In this document: piece by piece, positions 27,533 through 38,233 of the stretch | Numbering within the stretch: position 1 is the first letter of the stretch | Layout of the letters: each line of letters starts with the position of its first letter | Source of the DNA: Pseudobdellovibrionaceae bacterium | GTDB lineage: Bacteria > Bdellovibrionota > Bdellovibrionia > Bdellovibrionales > UBA1609 | Assembly: GCA_030591685.1 (NCBI GenBank) | Contig: JAUVAX010000016.1 | Coordinates: 1-48,186, forward strand | Direction of reading: 5' to 3' | Length of the DNA stretch: 48,186 nt | Notes under the pieces: generated by a model | The model's input: only the letters and a program-made list of their open reading frames with translations | Told to the model about the DNA's origin: nothing | Databases searched by the model: none | Program-made: the position numbers and the translations under genes

Positions 27533-28976
27533 ATACGGCGATGTTCTTCAATCACTACCGTCGTTAAATGCACTTAAAAGGCTGAACCCCTCAGCTGAAA
27601 TTCACTTACTTGTTCGTGAGCGATTTAAAGAGGTGGCAGAGCTGTGTAGTACCGTCGATGTTATGCATACTGTGCCCACGGCAAAAATTATTGACCCAAT
27701 ACTTAGAGACATAGAAGGTGGTGAAAACGGCTCAATGGATATTCTCTTGGAGTTCGTAGACCAACTAAAACAACAGGGTTTTACTAAAATTGTAAATTTA
27801 AGTTTCTCGCCGTTTTCTAGCTATTTAGTTCGTGCAATAAGTGTGGGTGAGCCTGAGGTGTCCGGGTATACTCGCTATGAGGATGGGTTTTTATCAATAC
27901 CAGACGATATGAGTGCTTACTTTTATGCTCAAGTCGGCGTGGGCCGATGCAATAGAATCCACATGACAGATATTTTTTCAACTCTAATGGGTGTTGATGT
28001 ATTGCCTGAGGACTTTCGTGTAGATTTAGACCTTGCAGCATCAGGGTGTCAAGCCCCTCTTGCTCCCCATGTTATTTTACATATAGGAGCCAGTGAGGTT
28101 GAAAAATCCTTTAGTGTATTTAAGTGGAAACAGCTCCTTAGAAAATTTGTTAAATCTAACCCTGAGATAAACTACTATATGGTAGGGTCAAAAAGTGAAG
28201 TTCAAAAATCTATAGATATATTAGATGGTGAGGACTTTAGTAACACATATAATATTGTGGGTCAGACAACCTTTAAGCAAGCGTTTACAATTGCCAGAGA
28301 GGCTCGTGCAATTGTTGGTGCCGATAGTGTTTTTATGCATATAGGGTCACTACTAAATATCCCATGTATTAACTTTTCATTTGGCCCTGTTAATTTGTGG
28401 GAGACAGGGCCTTTAAGTAACGGCAGTCGTATACTTTATTCTGATTCTGAAGAGGGCATACCTTCTGATCTCGTTTCTTCAGAGTTGAACTCCCTACTCA
28501 ATGGTGAAGAGGGCAGTACTGAGGTTTATAGGCGAAAAGATAATGGAACGTGCCGATATATTGCACCTAAAAGATGTGACGTGGGTGAGTTTGAGTGGAA
28601 GCTCATACAGTCTCTCTATATAGGTGGGGATTTTCCCGAGATCAATAGCAGCACTGTAAACCATGCATTAATAAGATGTATGGAGGTGACAGATTTAGCT
28701 ATGGAAAGAATTCAATTACGTATTGATGGACAATCCTTAGATCATGGCACTGATGTCGTTTTTGAACAAATTGACCCATTGTTGCTAGCGATTGGTAAAA
28801 TGTCTCCCGTATTGACGCCATTATTAAATTGGTTTGAAACTGAGCGAATTCGTATAGGCCCTGGGACATTAAATACAGTACTCAGTGAGACTCTAGAGGT
28901 ATTCACTCGTTTTAAGATGGTGCTTTCAGCAATTTTAATTAATCAAGAACAATCAACCTATGAGGTTAACCCATAA
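27504..28976 (+). CDS. Glycosyltransferase family 9 with C-terminal extension
   Basis: MKILVLQLARYGDVL...VGADSVFMHIGS...ETGP. Confidence 0.9.
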   Translation: MKILVLQLARYGDVLQSLPSLNALKRLNPSAEIHLLVRERFKEVAELCSTVDVMHTVPTAKIIDPILRDIEGGENGSMDILLEFVDQLKQQGFTKIVNLSFSPFSSYLVRAISVGEPEVSGYTRYEDGFLSIPDDMSAYFYAQVGVGRCNRIHMTDIFSTLMGVDVLPEDFRVDLDLAASGCQAPLAPHVILHIGASEVEKSFSVFKWKQLLRKFVKSNPEINYYMVGSKSEVQKSIDILDGEDFSNTYNIVGQTTFKQAFTIAREARAIVGADSVFMHIGSLLNIPCINFSFGPVNLWETGPLSNGSRILYSDSEEGIPSDLVSSELNSLLNGEEGSTEVYRRKDNGTCRYIAPKRCDVGEFEWKLIQSLYIGGDFPEINSSTVNHALIRCMEVTDLAMERIQLRIDGQSLDHGTDVVFEQIDPLLLAIGKMSPVLTPLLNWFETERIRIGPGTLNTVLSETLEVFTRFKMVLSAILINQEQSTYEVNP

Positions 28977-28988
28977 AAGGATCAGGTC

Positions 28989-29612
28989 ATGGAAACAGTA
29001 AAGCTAAGTAAATTAGAAATAGAGAATCAATACCCTCGTTGTGGATCGCTGGCTGAGGTGATTACCCGAGTTGAGGCCAAATTATGGGATGATCTCAAGG
29101 TTATATATCAAATAAAGCTAAATGATGTATGGCTTACAGCAATAGATGAGGAGAAAATAGCTGTAACAAATCTTAATGAGGTTTCTGATCTAACAATTCG
29201 CGCTAAGCCGTTAAATGCATTAGTTTCAGAAAATTTGACCGCTGTGATTACTTGGATTTCAAATGCACGCATAGCACTAGATAAATCCGTTGAGCACATA
29301 GATCAAAAAGATTATAAGAGCTTTAGCACAGTACTTGTCCCTGTTTTTGATGGTTGTAAGTGGTTCTCAGAGAGCTTGCTTTTGCTTCAGGAGCCCATTA
29401 AAAAAATATCCTGTGAGGTTGCTGATCCGCCGCAATGGGCTGTGCTTCAAATAGAGCTCACAAAAATAATTCAAAAGATGGTTCCGGGATATCAGGATAA
29501 AAACTATCAATTACTTTCAGATTTAATTAGCTTTGAACTTATGGTTATTTTTGAAAAATGGCTTGAGCTTTTGACTCAGCAGGATAAACTAATCAAGAAA
29601 GTCTACTCATAA
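28989..29612 (+). CDS. Hypothetical helical protein
   Basis: 207-aa ORF at the end of the glycosylation block. Confidence 0.75.
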   Translation: METVKLSKLEIENQYPRCGSLAEVITRVEAKLWDDLKVIYQIKLNDVWLTAIDEEKIAVTNLNEVSDLTIRAKPLNALVSENLTAVITWISNARIALDKSVEHIDQKDYKSFSTVLVPVFDGCKWFSESLLLLQEPIKKISCEVADPPQWAVLQIELTKIIQKMVPGYQDKNYQLLSDLISFELMVIFEKWLELLTQQDKLIKKVYS

Positions 29613-29659
29613 AGTACCGCTTATGAGTAGTTCGAATCAACTACTTATAGGGGGTCTGT

Positions 29660-31633
29660 ATTAAAGAAATTAAAAGCCCTTTTATTTTAGTTGCAGGGTC
29701 GGTGCCCAGTGTTTTTGAAACCCCAGAATTTCAAAATTACATCGTAGTGGCTGTTACCACAATAGATGAATTAAAAAACTTTGTAGTTAATGATTTGTGC
29801 CAGGTTGTCATCGTAGATTTTAATACATTTAAATGCGATGAGAACGAGGCTCTTGGGCTATGCAAAACACTGAACCCTAAGGCTACACGAATAGTTTCAA
29901 AAGAAACAAAAGATGCAGCTGATATCGCCGATGCAGTTAACAAATATAAAGTATTTAAATACATAAATTCAACTGATGATAAAAATATAGGTAAGTACAT
30001 TTATGAAGTCAGTGATCAGTTTTTCAACTTCAAGGGGCAACAAATACAATTAGCAGATGTTAAAAAACAAAACCTGCTTCTTGAAGAAATGACAATGAGT
30101 TTAGAGAAAACAATTGACGATAGGACTCATGATCTAGAAAAAGCCAAAAAAGCTGTAGAAGAGCATGTCCAAACCATAAGGGGGATTAATAAGTTTCTTT
30201 TGGACCTGTCAAGCCTGGTGTCTGTAGAAGAAATCTTACTAGTTTTAAAAAATGAATTTAAGAAATTTCATAAAATTTTACCACCTATATTAGCGATTCA
30301 AGCAACGAATGATACTCCGAAGTTGATTTATTTTAATGGTGGAAATATTCACACTCATATAATATCAAAATTATGGCCAGACGTTATTGATATTCGAAAA
30401 AATAATATATTAGACCAAGAGTTTCTTGCAAATGAGCTAGGACGACCCCTTGGCCCTGTATTGAGTGTGCCATTAAACAGTGAGCATGGTAATTATGTGT
30501 TATTTATTGAATCCACCTTGAATGAAGACGAGATGCAGTCATTATTTGCTTTTTTAGGAGATCGGCTGAAGGCTGTAACTATGACTCTAGAGCGGATCGT
30601 ACTGGATCAAGAGATTAGGTCGGCATCTTATATGTGGGAGGCAACGTTTGATGGCATTGAGGCTCCAATTGCTATCATTGACAAAAGTTTTCAAGTCTTA
30701 AGAGGTAACAGGTACTTTTCGGCAGACAAAAAAATATGTTATCGCTCACTTGGGGGAGAAAATAAGGTTTGCAAAGGGTGTCCCGTAAACGAGCCCAGCT
30801 CTCTGGCTGTTAAATCTGCAAAAATTTCGTTAAATCAGCGGACTTATTTTGTGCACTCATACCCCATCTCAGAGGCTGGTGATGCTTCTGAGCACTTTGT
30901 AAATCATTACGTAGACACCACAAGGTCTGAAAAATTAGCGGGCCAGATCATACAAAATGAAAAAATGTCAGCGGTGGGGCATTTGGCCGATCACATTGCA
31001 CACGAATTAAACAACCCCTTAACCGGAATAAGGTCTTTATCTCAGGTTCTTATTGGTGAAGTGAGCGAAGAGGGGACCTTAAAGTCTGACTTAATTGAGG
31101 TCGAGAAGGCCTCTATGCGTTGCCAACGAATAATAAATAACCTTTTAGACTTTTCAAAAGGAAGCGAGCCATCAAGCCACCAGAGTATATCAATAAGCGA
31201 AGTTATAAATAAGACCTTACCATTTTTAAAGGCTGTGACCGGCTACTTTGAGCAAGAAATTGATTTAATCGATGATGATACAGTATTTATGGACTCTCAG
31301 CTGCTACAGCAGGTTGTATTTAATTTAATTAACAACGCCTGCCAGTCCATGGGCGAAAAAGGTAAGTTAGTCATTCAAACTAAAAAATATAGTAGAGACT
31401 CTGACGTATGGATTGAGTTGTCAGTTAAAGATACGGGTTCTGGTATATCAGGTGATAATTTAAAAAAAGTATTTGCCCCTTTTTACACGACAAAAAAAGA
31501 GGGCGAGGGCACGGGCCTTGGCCTCAGTGTTTGCAAAAGCATTATCGAAAAGTATGGTGGTATTATTGATGTTAAAAGTCGTCTAGGTGTGGGGTCGACA
31601 TTTTACGTTCACTTAAAAAGTGAAGAGCAGTAG
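29660..31633 (+). CDS. Cytoplasmic sensor histidine kinase (degenerate receiver, coiled coil, PAS-like, HisKA, HATPase)
   Basis: IAHELNNPL, NLINNA, DTGSGI, PFYTTK..GEGTGLGL; start either ATT 29660 or GTG 29702. Confidence 0.9.
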   Translation: MKEIKSPFILVAGSVPSVFETPEFQNYIVVAVTTIDELKNFVVNDLCQVVIVDFNTFKCDENEALGLCKTLNPKATRIVSKETKDAADIADAVNKYKVFKYINSTDDKNIGKYIYEVSDQFFNFKGQQIQLADVKKQNLLLEEMTMSLEKTIDDRTHDLEKAKKAVEEHVQTIRGINKFLLDLSSLVSVEEILLVLKNEFKKFHKILPPILAIQATNDTPKLIYFNGGNIHTHIISKLWPDVIDIRKNNILDQEFLANELGRPLGPVLSVPLNSEHGNYVLFIESTLNEDEMQSLFAFLGDRLKAVTMTLERIVLDQEIRSASYMWEATFDGIEAPIAIIDKSFQVLRGNRYFSADKKICYRSLGGENKVCKGCPVNEPSSLAVKSAKISLNQRTYFVHSYPISEAGDASEHFVNHYVDTTRSEKLAGQIIQNEKMSAVGHLADHIAHELNNPLTGIRSLSQVLIGEVSEEGTLKSDLIEVEKASMRCQRIINNLLDFSKGSEPSSHQSISISEVINKTLPFLKAVTGYFEQEIDLIDDDTVFMDSQLLQQVVFNLINNACQSMGEKGKLVIQTKKYSRDSDVWIELSVKDTGSGISGDNLKKVFAPFYTTKKEGEGTGLGLSVCKSIIEKYGGIIDVKSRLGVGSTFYVHLKSEEQ

Positions 31634-31852
31634 TTTCGAGGTGTAAATATTAAGTCCCACAGAGCTTGTTTTTATTATCCAAAAATTAAACATTACATGA
31701 GATTTAAAGTGCGAAGACTTAACTTACACTCACGCCTAGACCATGGTCGAATAGAGTAAAGGTTTTATTTATGACTAATTTAGTGTTCGATGAAAATCTA
31801 ATAAAAAATATAGCTTGAGTGCTAAGCTACTTTTTTTTACTATGTATGGGGT

Positions 31853-32209
31853 ATGAATGTACTGGTTGTTGATGATGAATCTATTGTGCGGTTGGCATTA
31901 AAAAGAGCCTTAGTTAACCTTGGAGATACTGTTTTCGAGGCAGCTAACGGCGAAGAGGCCATTGAGATTTGGGGTGCTTCAAGCATTGACCTGGTTTTTT
32001 TAGATGTATTGATGCCACGGTTGACTGGGCCTCAGGTTTTAGAGGAAATCGGTGAGCATAGTGCCAAGGTAGTGTTAATATCTGCCTATACAGGAGAGTA
32101 TAACATGCAGCGGGCAAAAAATTTAGGAGCCAATTTATTTATTGCTAAGCCCTTTGCTGATATTTTTGAGGTCGTAAATCAAGGTAGGGGGTTAGTCATT
32201 GGGAAATAA
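31853..32209 (+). CDS. Single-domain response regulator
   Basis: VLVVDDE...LVFLDVLMP...IAKPF. Confidence 0.93.
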   Translation: MNVLVVDDESIVRLALKRALVNLGDTVFEAANGEEAIEIWGASSIDLVFLDVLMPRLTGPQVLEEIGEHSAKVVLISAYTGEYNMQRAKNLGANLFIAKPFADIFEVVNQGRGLVIGK

Positions 32210-32606
32210 TAATGATGAAGTTATTGTAAAAAAAATCAAACCCTACCCTATATTGGTGAAGATGGAGGCCAACATGGCAGCCTTCCATGCTAATATTGTC
32301 AAACTTACGGAGGTAGGCTTTTTGGTTGAACTGTGTGATATTTTTGTACGCGTTAATGATCAATATGATGTGAGCTTTGAGCTCCCGGTCATGGGCAAAT
32401 ATGTCATCGCTCAAACTAAGATTGTGAAGACTTATGATCGGCTTGAAAAGCCCGTTGCACCCCCTGTCACGGCGAATGGAGAGCTGGCTACGGGTAAGAA
32501 TTCTCAGACTGTAAGAATTGCAGAGTTTCACTTTAAAAGGCTTCCTGCAGAGCAATTAAGTAGAATAAAAAAATTTTTGGTAGCAATTAATCAGGTGTCA
32601 CGTTAA
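32199..32606 (+). CDS. PilZ-like beta-barrel protein
   Basis: ANIVKLTEVGFLVE...SFELP...AEFHFKRL pattern; lacks RxxxR. Confidence 0.5.
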   Translation: MGNNNDEVIVKKIKPYPILVKMEANMAAFHANIVKLTEVGFLVELCDIFVRVNDQYDVSFELPVMGKYVIAQTKIVKTYDRLEKPVAPPVTANGELATGKNSQTVRIAEFHFKRLPAEQLSRIKKFLVAINQVSR

Positions 32607-32614
32607 AAGCCCTT

Positions 32615-33166
32615 ATGCGTATAATATCTGGGTCCTTAGGGGGACGAAAATTAAAAAATTTCAAATCTAAGCATATACGGCCCACGACGGACAGGGTAAA
32701 GGAAAGTGTTTTTAATAAGCTCACCCCCTATATTTTAGACGCTCAAGTTTTAGATTTATTTTCAGGCACTGGAAACTTGGCAATAGAGTCCTACTCAAGA
32801 GGTGCTAAAAGAGTTGTTGCTGTGGAAAATTCAAAAAAATCGCTGGAAATCATTAATGACAATTTGAGGGAGTTGAAAATTTCAAATGGAATTAAGCTGA
32901 TCCCTAAAGAAGTCCTTTCGTTCTTAAAAACCTATGAAGGTGAGCCCTTTGATATTGTACTTATAGACCCCCCGTTTACAAAAAAAATGGCTCACGAGAC
33001 GATGATTCAGGTTTCTAAATCAAAAATATTAAATCCTGGTGGTATTATTATGATAGAGTCTAGCTCACATGAGCAAATGGATGAGAGCTACGAGGGATTA
33101 GATTTGTGGGAAAGAAAATCCTACGGGGATAAAAATGTGAGTTTCTTTACAAAAGGCAACGAATGA
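32615..33166 (+). CDS. rsmD: 16S rRNA m2G966 methyltransferase
   Basis: MRIISG...RPTTDRVKESVFN...LDLFSGTG...DPPF. Confidence 0.96.
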   Translation: MRIISGSLGGRKLKNFKSKHIRPTTDRVKESVFNKLTPYILDAQVLDLFSGTGNLAIESYSRGAKRVVAVENSKKSLEIINDNLRELKISNGIKLIPKEVLSFLKTYEGEPFDIVLIDPPFTKKMAHETMIQVSKSKILNPGGIIMIESSSHEQMDESYEGLDLWERKSYGDKNVSFFTKGNE

Positions 33167-33651
33167 AAAAAGCAGTTTATCCGGGTAGTTTTGACCCCAT
33201 AACTTATGGACATATTAATATTATTAAACGATTAAAAAATGTGTGTGACGAGCTGACTGTTCTCGTCGCCAATTCGCCTAAAAAGCCTTATTTATTTAGT
33301 TCTGAGGAGCGCCTTGAGATGGCCACTCAAAGTTTACAAGGCCTAGAAAACATAAAGGTCGACGTGTATGATGGACTAACGGTGAACTACTCTATAGAAA
33401 ATGAAATTAATTTTATAATTAGAGGTGTTCGCGGAGCTGCTGATTTAGAATATGAAATGACCATGTCCGCCATTAATAAAAAATTAGCTCCAGATATTGA
33501 AACCCTGATTGTCCCGGCGGACCCGGAGTATAGTTTTCTAGCTTCTCGATTTGTTAAAGAAATTTCTTTTTTTGGTGGGGCGTTAACGGCCTTGGTCCCT
33601 CCTTGTGTTGAAGAGGCTTTAAGTAAAAAATTTATAAAAGGAGAAAAGTAA
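33163..33651 (+). CDS. coaD: Phosphopantetheine adenylyltransferase
   Basis: AVYPGSFDPITYGH. Confidence 0.96.
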   Translation: MKKAVYPGSFDPITYGHINIIKRLKNVCDELTVLVANSPKKPYLFSSEERLEMATQSLQGLENIKVDVYDGLTVNYSIENEINFIIRGVRGAADLEYEMTMSAINKKLAPDIETLIVPADPEYSFLASRFVKEISFFGGALTALVPPCVEEALSKKFIKGEK

Positions 33652-34847
33652 TGTTATCGGAAAGAGCGAAAAGTTTAAAACCTTCTCCCACTTTGGCTTT
33701 GGCGGCAAAGGCAAAAGAGTTAAAAGCAGAGGGTAAGGATGTTATTTCGTTATCTGTAGGTGAACCCGATTGGGATACCTTTCAAAGTATCAAAAGAGTA
33801 GGTATTGAAGCTATTGAGTCTGGCTGTACAAAGTATTCTCCGGCTAACGGCCTCCCCGAGCTAAGGTCGGCTATTGCTAAGCAAACAAATTCTGATTTTG
33901 GTATGGATTACAACCCTAATGACGTAACTGTTACTACCGGCGGTAAGTTTGTGATTTTTAGTGCTCTTCAGGTTCTTTGTAACCCTCAAGATGAGGTGAT
34001 TATACCGGCTCCTTACTGGGTGAGTTACCCAACAATGGTTGAGTTAGCAGACGGTTTACCGAGGGTTGTGTTATGTGATAAGGCCTCAGGTTTTAAGCTC
34101 ACACCTAAACTTTTAAGAGAGAATATAAATGAAAAAACAAAAATTTTAATTTTAAACTCACCAAGTAACCCAACGGGTTGCATGTACACAGAAGCAGAGC
34201 TGAAGGCTCTTAGTGAGGTTTTACTAGAACATCCAAAAATTGTAATTTTATCGGACGATATATATAATCGCTTGGTGTTTAATGGGGAAGGCTTGGCACC
34301 ACATATTTTAAAAGTTGAGCCTCGTTTAAAGGATCGAACACTTGTTTTAAATGGAGCTTCTAAGACATACTCAATGACGGGGTGGAGAGTGGGATGGGCC
34401 GTTGGGCCGAATGAAATCATATCAGCGATGACTAAATTTCAAAGTCAATCGGTGAGCTGCGCTTGTACCTTTTCTCAAAAAGCAACTCTGCAAGCTATTG
34501 AAAATGGTACAAAGGAGCTTGAGGAGGCTAAGAGACTTTTAAAATTTAGGCGTGATTTTGTTTATGAACAGATAAATACGCTACCAAATATAAAATCGGC
34601 TGAGCCAGAAGGGGCTTTTTATGTTTGGCCCGATATAAGTTTTTATTTAGGTAAGCAGTTTAAGGGTAAAAAATTAAAGACATCTAGAGATTTTTGCCAG
34701 GCTTTATTAGAGGACCAAATGGTAGCAGCGGTCCCCGGCATTGAATTTGGTTTAGATGGTTATTTAAGAATCAGCTATGCCCTTAATGAGGATCGTATGA
34801 GCGAAGCCATAAAGCGTATAGAGTGCTTTATTGAGAAAATCCAGTAA
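33651..34847 (+). CDS. aspC: Aspartate aminotransferase (PLP, class I)
   Basis: PYWVSYP, NSPSNPTG, SKTYSMTGWRVG. Confidence 0.9.
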   Translation: MLSERAKSLKPSPTLALAAKAKELKAEGKDVISLSVGEPDWDTFQSIKRVGIEAIESGCTKYSPANGLPELRSAIAKQTNSDFGMDYNPNDVTVTTGGKFVIFSALQVLCNPQDEVIIPAPYWVSYPTMVELADGLPRVVLCDKASGFKLTPKLLRENINEKTKILILNSPSNPTGCMYTEAELKALSEVLLEHPKIVILSDDIYNRLVFNGEGLAPHILKVEPRLKDRTLVLNGASKTYSMTGWRVGWAVGPNEIISAMTKFQSQSVSCACTFSQKATLQAIENGTKELEEAKRLLKFRRDFVYEQINTLPNIKSAEPEGAFYVWPDISFYLGKQFKGKKLKTSRDFCQALLEDQMVAAVPGIEFGLDGYLRISYALNEDRMSEAIKRIECFIEKIQ

Positions 34848-35030
34848 GACGGTCCCAAGGGCCTCAAAAAAAATAAATTAGCCCTGCTTGGCCCTTAATG
34901 GGTCTAGTTAAGTGGGGTTGGCATTTATTTGCCTAGCCCTAAGTCTGGCGTTACTGGATATTTTGGTCAGTAATATTATATACTTGAGCCAGGATTTTTA
35001 GGTTTAAACCTTAATCAAGGGGGCTACGGC

Positions 35031-36236
35031 ATGGGTGTATTGGGGATGATTCAAATCATTTTAAATGTATTTTTGCTTTTAGGAGTTTTTATTCTATGGG
35101 TGAAATTAAGTAAGAGGCCTAAAGATGACCCTCGATTAAGTCGTGGCCTTCAATTACTACAAAGTAAAATTTCAGTATTAGAGGATTTATCAGATAGAAC
35201 AGACGTTCAAGTAAAGCAGCTAATGGAGTTACTCGACGGTAAGGCTAAACAATTACAAAGTAAAATTTTTGAATCTGAAAAACAGGTTCAGCGCATTGAG
35301 CAATCTATGCATAAGAGCTTAGAGGTGGCAGATATTTTTCAAGACAAAATCCCTCATGAAGAAATTATTGAAAGGCAAACATCAGTAAAGTATATACAGG
35401 CGGCACAATTAGCGCATCAAGGTAAGTCTGTAGATGAGGTTGTAAAATTAGTGGGTCTGCCTAAAGGTGAAGTTGAATTTATTGTTAAGGTAAATAAGGA
35501 CCAATTGATGTTTGATAACGAGAAGCTACCGGCTTGGGCGCAGAAAAAGGCACAAAATATAAAAGCCACCTCTGACGATGCATATAGCGTTGAGCGAGTG
35601 ATTGGAAACATCGAGGGTGTATTTGAGCCCTCTGGTGTGGACTTAGGAAGTCTAGAAAAACTCGGCAAGGATTTTCGTAAAGCCTGTAGTGATCATGACT
35701 TTGAAGAAAAAAAATATGAGGATTCAAGAATTGACCTTTCACCCGCAATTGACAGAGCCAAAGTATGGACTAAAAAGACCGTTGGTCAGGCTGGAGGCAT
35801 TATAAATGATACGGCCCATAGAGTTGCTGGTCAGGCCAGTGCACTTCAAGAAGTGGCACAAGTCATGGGACAAAAGGTAAAAGGAGGCATTCAAAAAAAC
35901 TTTGATCTAGATGGTTTGCCTAAAGAGAGTATAGATGTTGAGACGTCTGTGCCCTCGGACCCATACCCTGTAGCCTTTGAGATGAACGGGCCTAATGAGT
36001 CGGCAGAGTTTATAGAGAGCACTCAGGCAGAGAAAAAAGAATTCACATTGTCGAACGATATAAACACAGACATGAGCATTCAAGGGATCTTGGATCAGGC
36101 TCATAAGACGGCGCTAAAAGTATCCGAAAATAACAAGACCGAGGTTGCTGAAAAAATTAAAGAAAATGTAAAACCAACGGAAGCGCCCGTTAAAAAGGTT
36201 ATCTTTCCGCGAATTGACGAAGGGCCACTGTTTTGA
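35031..36236 (+). CDS. Membrane-anchored coiled-coil protein with DUF2802-like motif
   Basis: N-terminal TM; YIQAAQLAHQGKSVDEVVKLVGLPKGEVEFI. Confidence 0.7.
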   Translation: MGVLGMIQIILNVFLLLGVFILWVKLSKRPKDDPRLSRGLQLLQSKISVLEDLSDRTDVQVKQLMELLDGKAKQLQSKIFESEKQVQRIEQSMHKSLEVADIFQDKIPHEEIIERQTSVKYIQAAQLAHQGKSVDEVVKLVGLPKGEVEFIVKVNKDQLMFDNEKLPAWAQKKAQNIKATSDDAYSVERVIGNIEGVFEPSGVDLGSLEKLGKDFRKACSDHDFEEKKYEDSRIDLSPAIDRAKVWTKKTVGQAGGIINDTAHRVAGQASALQEVAQVMGQKVKGGIQKNFDLDGLPKESIDVETSVPSDPYPVAFEMNGPNESAEFIESTQAEKKEFTLSNDINTDMSIQGILDQAHKTALKVSENNKTEVAEKIKENVKPTEAPVKKVIFPRIDEGPLF

Positions 36237-36475
36237 AGAACACACTATCAAAGGTATTTGTTGGTGAGAGGCTTAAGGCAAGGGTTATAGAGATCGTGGG
36301 AAATAGAGAGTTCATAGTTAATTTTTGTGGAGATCTAATTAGGGTCGTAAACAATTCAGAAAAGAATTTAAAAATCGGGAGCCAGGTGGAGCTTGTTGTG
36401 ACAACTATAAGCCCGCTGGGTTTCCGATTAATGGGTCGAAGCTCTTTAGCAAGAGGGCTGTCGGTGAGTGTTTAA
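36233..36475 (+). CDS. Small hypothetical beta protein (S1/OB-like)
   Basis: Overlaps upstream stop; 80 aa. Confidence 0.55.
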   Translation: MKNTLSKVFVGERLKARVIEIVGNREFIVNFCGDLIRVVNNSEKNLKIGSQVELVVTTISPLGFRLMGRSSLARGLSVSV

Positions 36476-36491
36476 AAAACAATTTATATAA

Positions 36492-37388
36492 TTAAAGTAA
36501 AGTCAGTTCGGCTTCAAGAGCTTTATGGTCTGAGCCCTGAAGGTTCGCCCAAACTTTTGAGGTCTTTACGCTTAAGCCTCGTACAAAAATGTAATCGATG
36601 TACCGGCCAAAAACTTGAGTTCTTTGATCGTTTGAAAATTTAACTTCTTGAAGGTTTAGTGTTGAAGAAATGTTTTTTAAGAGCTCGATTTTTCTCTCGG
36701 ACCAGGTGTTAAAGTCTCCGGCAAAAATCACAGGGCCGGAGTGAGCCTCAATTTTTTTTGCAGCAGCACTCAGCTGGCTCGAAAGAGCGGCCACCGTGAC
36801 AAAATTAACAGCATGTATATTAATAGTGAGGAGCTCAGAAGGGGAGTTCTCAATGGGGTAATAATTGAGTAGCGTCACCTTTGGAGTGTTCACAATGGGT
36901 TCAACATTTTTACTGCGTAAATAATGAGTCTCAAGGGGAGCCACTTTGGAGGCGTTAGATACGCCCGTTCTGATCCCCTTACTTTTATAAATAAAAGAGG
37001 TTGCTGTTTTATGCATATACCCATCAAGTTTGCTAAGAGTTTGCTTCATTTTTGGCCCTAGGTAGACCTCTTGAAGTAACAATATTTCCTTTCCTTGGGA
37101 GGCTCGTTTAAAATCTCGAGACCAAGAGGCATTTTTGCCCTTATATAAATTCCAGACTAAAATTTTAATGCTCTCGGGGTTGAGCCTCTCTATAGAGCTT
37201 TGACCGTAGGAGGTGAGCACGTCGTTATCTTGAGGGACCTCATAGTCAAAGCGTAAAGGGTCAACAAGGGGCTCTGAATTTGTGCTGGCGAAAACACTCA
37301 TGTTGGATGTTCCAAGTAGAGCAATAATGGGCGCTATAAGTACTGAAAAATGAGAAACTTTCATAATATATAAAACCTTTGTTTTCAT
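36492..37388 (-). CDS. Exported endonuclease/exonuclease/phosphatase family protein (YafD-like)
   Basis: WNLYKG, LLQE, NIHAVNF, AGDFNTWS, IDYIFVRG, SDH. Confidence 0.9.
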   Translation of the reverse strand: MKTKVLYIMKVSHFSVLIAPIIALLGTSNMSVFASTNSEPLVDPLRFDYEVPQDNDVLTSYGQSSIERLNPESIKILVWNLYKGKNASWSRDFKRASQGKEILLLQEVYLGPKMKQTLSKLDGYMHKTATSFIYKSKGIRTGVSNASKVAPLETHYLRSKNVEPIVNTPKVTLLNYYPIENSPSELLTINIHAVNFVTVAALSSQLSAAAKKIEAHSGPVIFAGDFNTWSERKIELLKNISSTLNLQEVKFSNDQRTQVFGRYIDYIFVRGLSVKTSKVWANLQGSDHKALEAELTLL

Positions 37389-37534
37389 AAACTTTATGTC
37401 ACCTTTTGTTCGAATACAAAACTAAATTTTCAACAATCTAAAGCTAATACGTCATAAATACGTAACTATTTGAATTATATTAGGAATATCTAAAAATATA
37501 AATCACTTTTTAGTGATTTGAGTTCAGCTCAAAA

Positions 37535-38032
37535 CTACCGAGCGCTCTCTTTAACAAAACGACTCATATAGTACCGTACGAGGTGGTCCATGTTGACTTT
37601 GTGGTCTTTGTACTTCCAAACAAGCTGCGCATAGGCGCCCCATTCGGCGGTAATAATGTCGGTGTCTAATGAGGTCTCTTCAGCGGCTTTTTGCCCAGGG
37701 ATGTAGGAGTTTCCAATGTGATTAAAGCGTATGGCGATTTCACCCGGCGCTTGAGCTGAGAAAATAAGCTTATAGGCGTTTCTAAAAAGCATAAAGTCAG
37801 CCGGAGTTTTGGATATGCCATAAATTTTAATTTTACCCATAGGTGAGCCTTTAAGCTGGTTAAAGGCCGAGGAGAGTTCGACGAATGTGGTTTTAAGGTC
37901 GATTAAAAAGTCTAAGGTTTCGTCTTTAAGGTGTTTGTCTGTATCAAAGTCTGAGGAGAGGTCTACAATGCCTGACTCTTCCATTTGTTGTTCGGCTAAG
38001 ACTAATTGTTTAATCCACTGTAACTTATCCAT
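37535..38032 (-). CDS. Hypothetical protein (165 aa)
   Basis: Start moved to ATG 38032 (MDKLQWIKQLV) after the AAGGGGG RBS. Confidence 0.75.
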   Translation of the reverse strand: MDKLQWIKQLVLAEQQMEESGIVDLSSDFDTDKHLKDETLDFLIDLKTTFVELSSAFNQLKGSPMGKIKIYGISKTPADFMLFRNAYKLIFSAQAPGEIAIRFNHIGNSYIPGQKAAEETSLDTDIITAEWGAYAQLVWKYKDHKVNMDHLVRYYMSRFVKESAR

Positions 38033-38233
38033 ACTTAAAATCCCCCTTAGTACATACAGTGCTGGCTTTACAGGGCGCATTACACTAAATATATCTTCAT
38101 TCTCAGGGGGCAATTGTGTCAATAGTAATCATCATTGCGCTGCACGACAAATAATTATCTTTGGGCTTCACAGCGGCGTACAATTGCGTAGAATGGTGTG
38201 TAGATTAACTCTATAAAATTAAAGGGGAAAAGC

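Noticed and set aside
34919..34932. sigma54-like TGGCATTTATTTGC
   Set aside because: GG-GC spacing is 9, not 10
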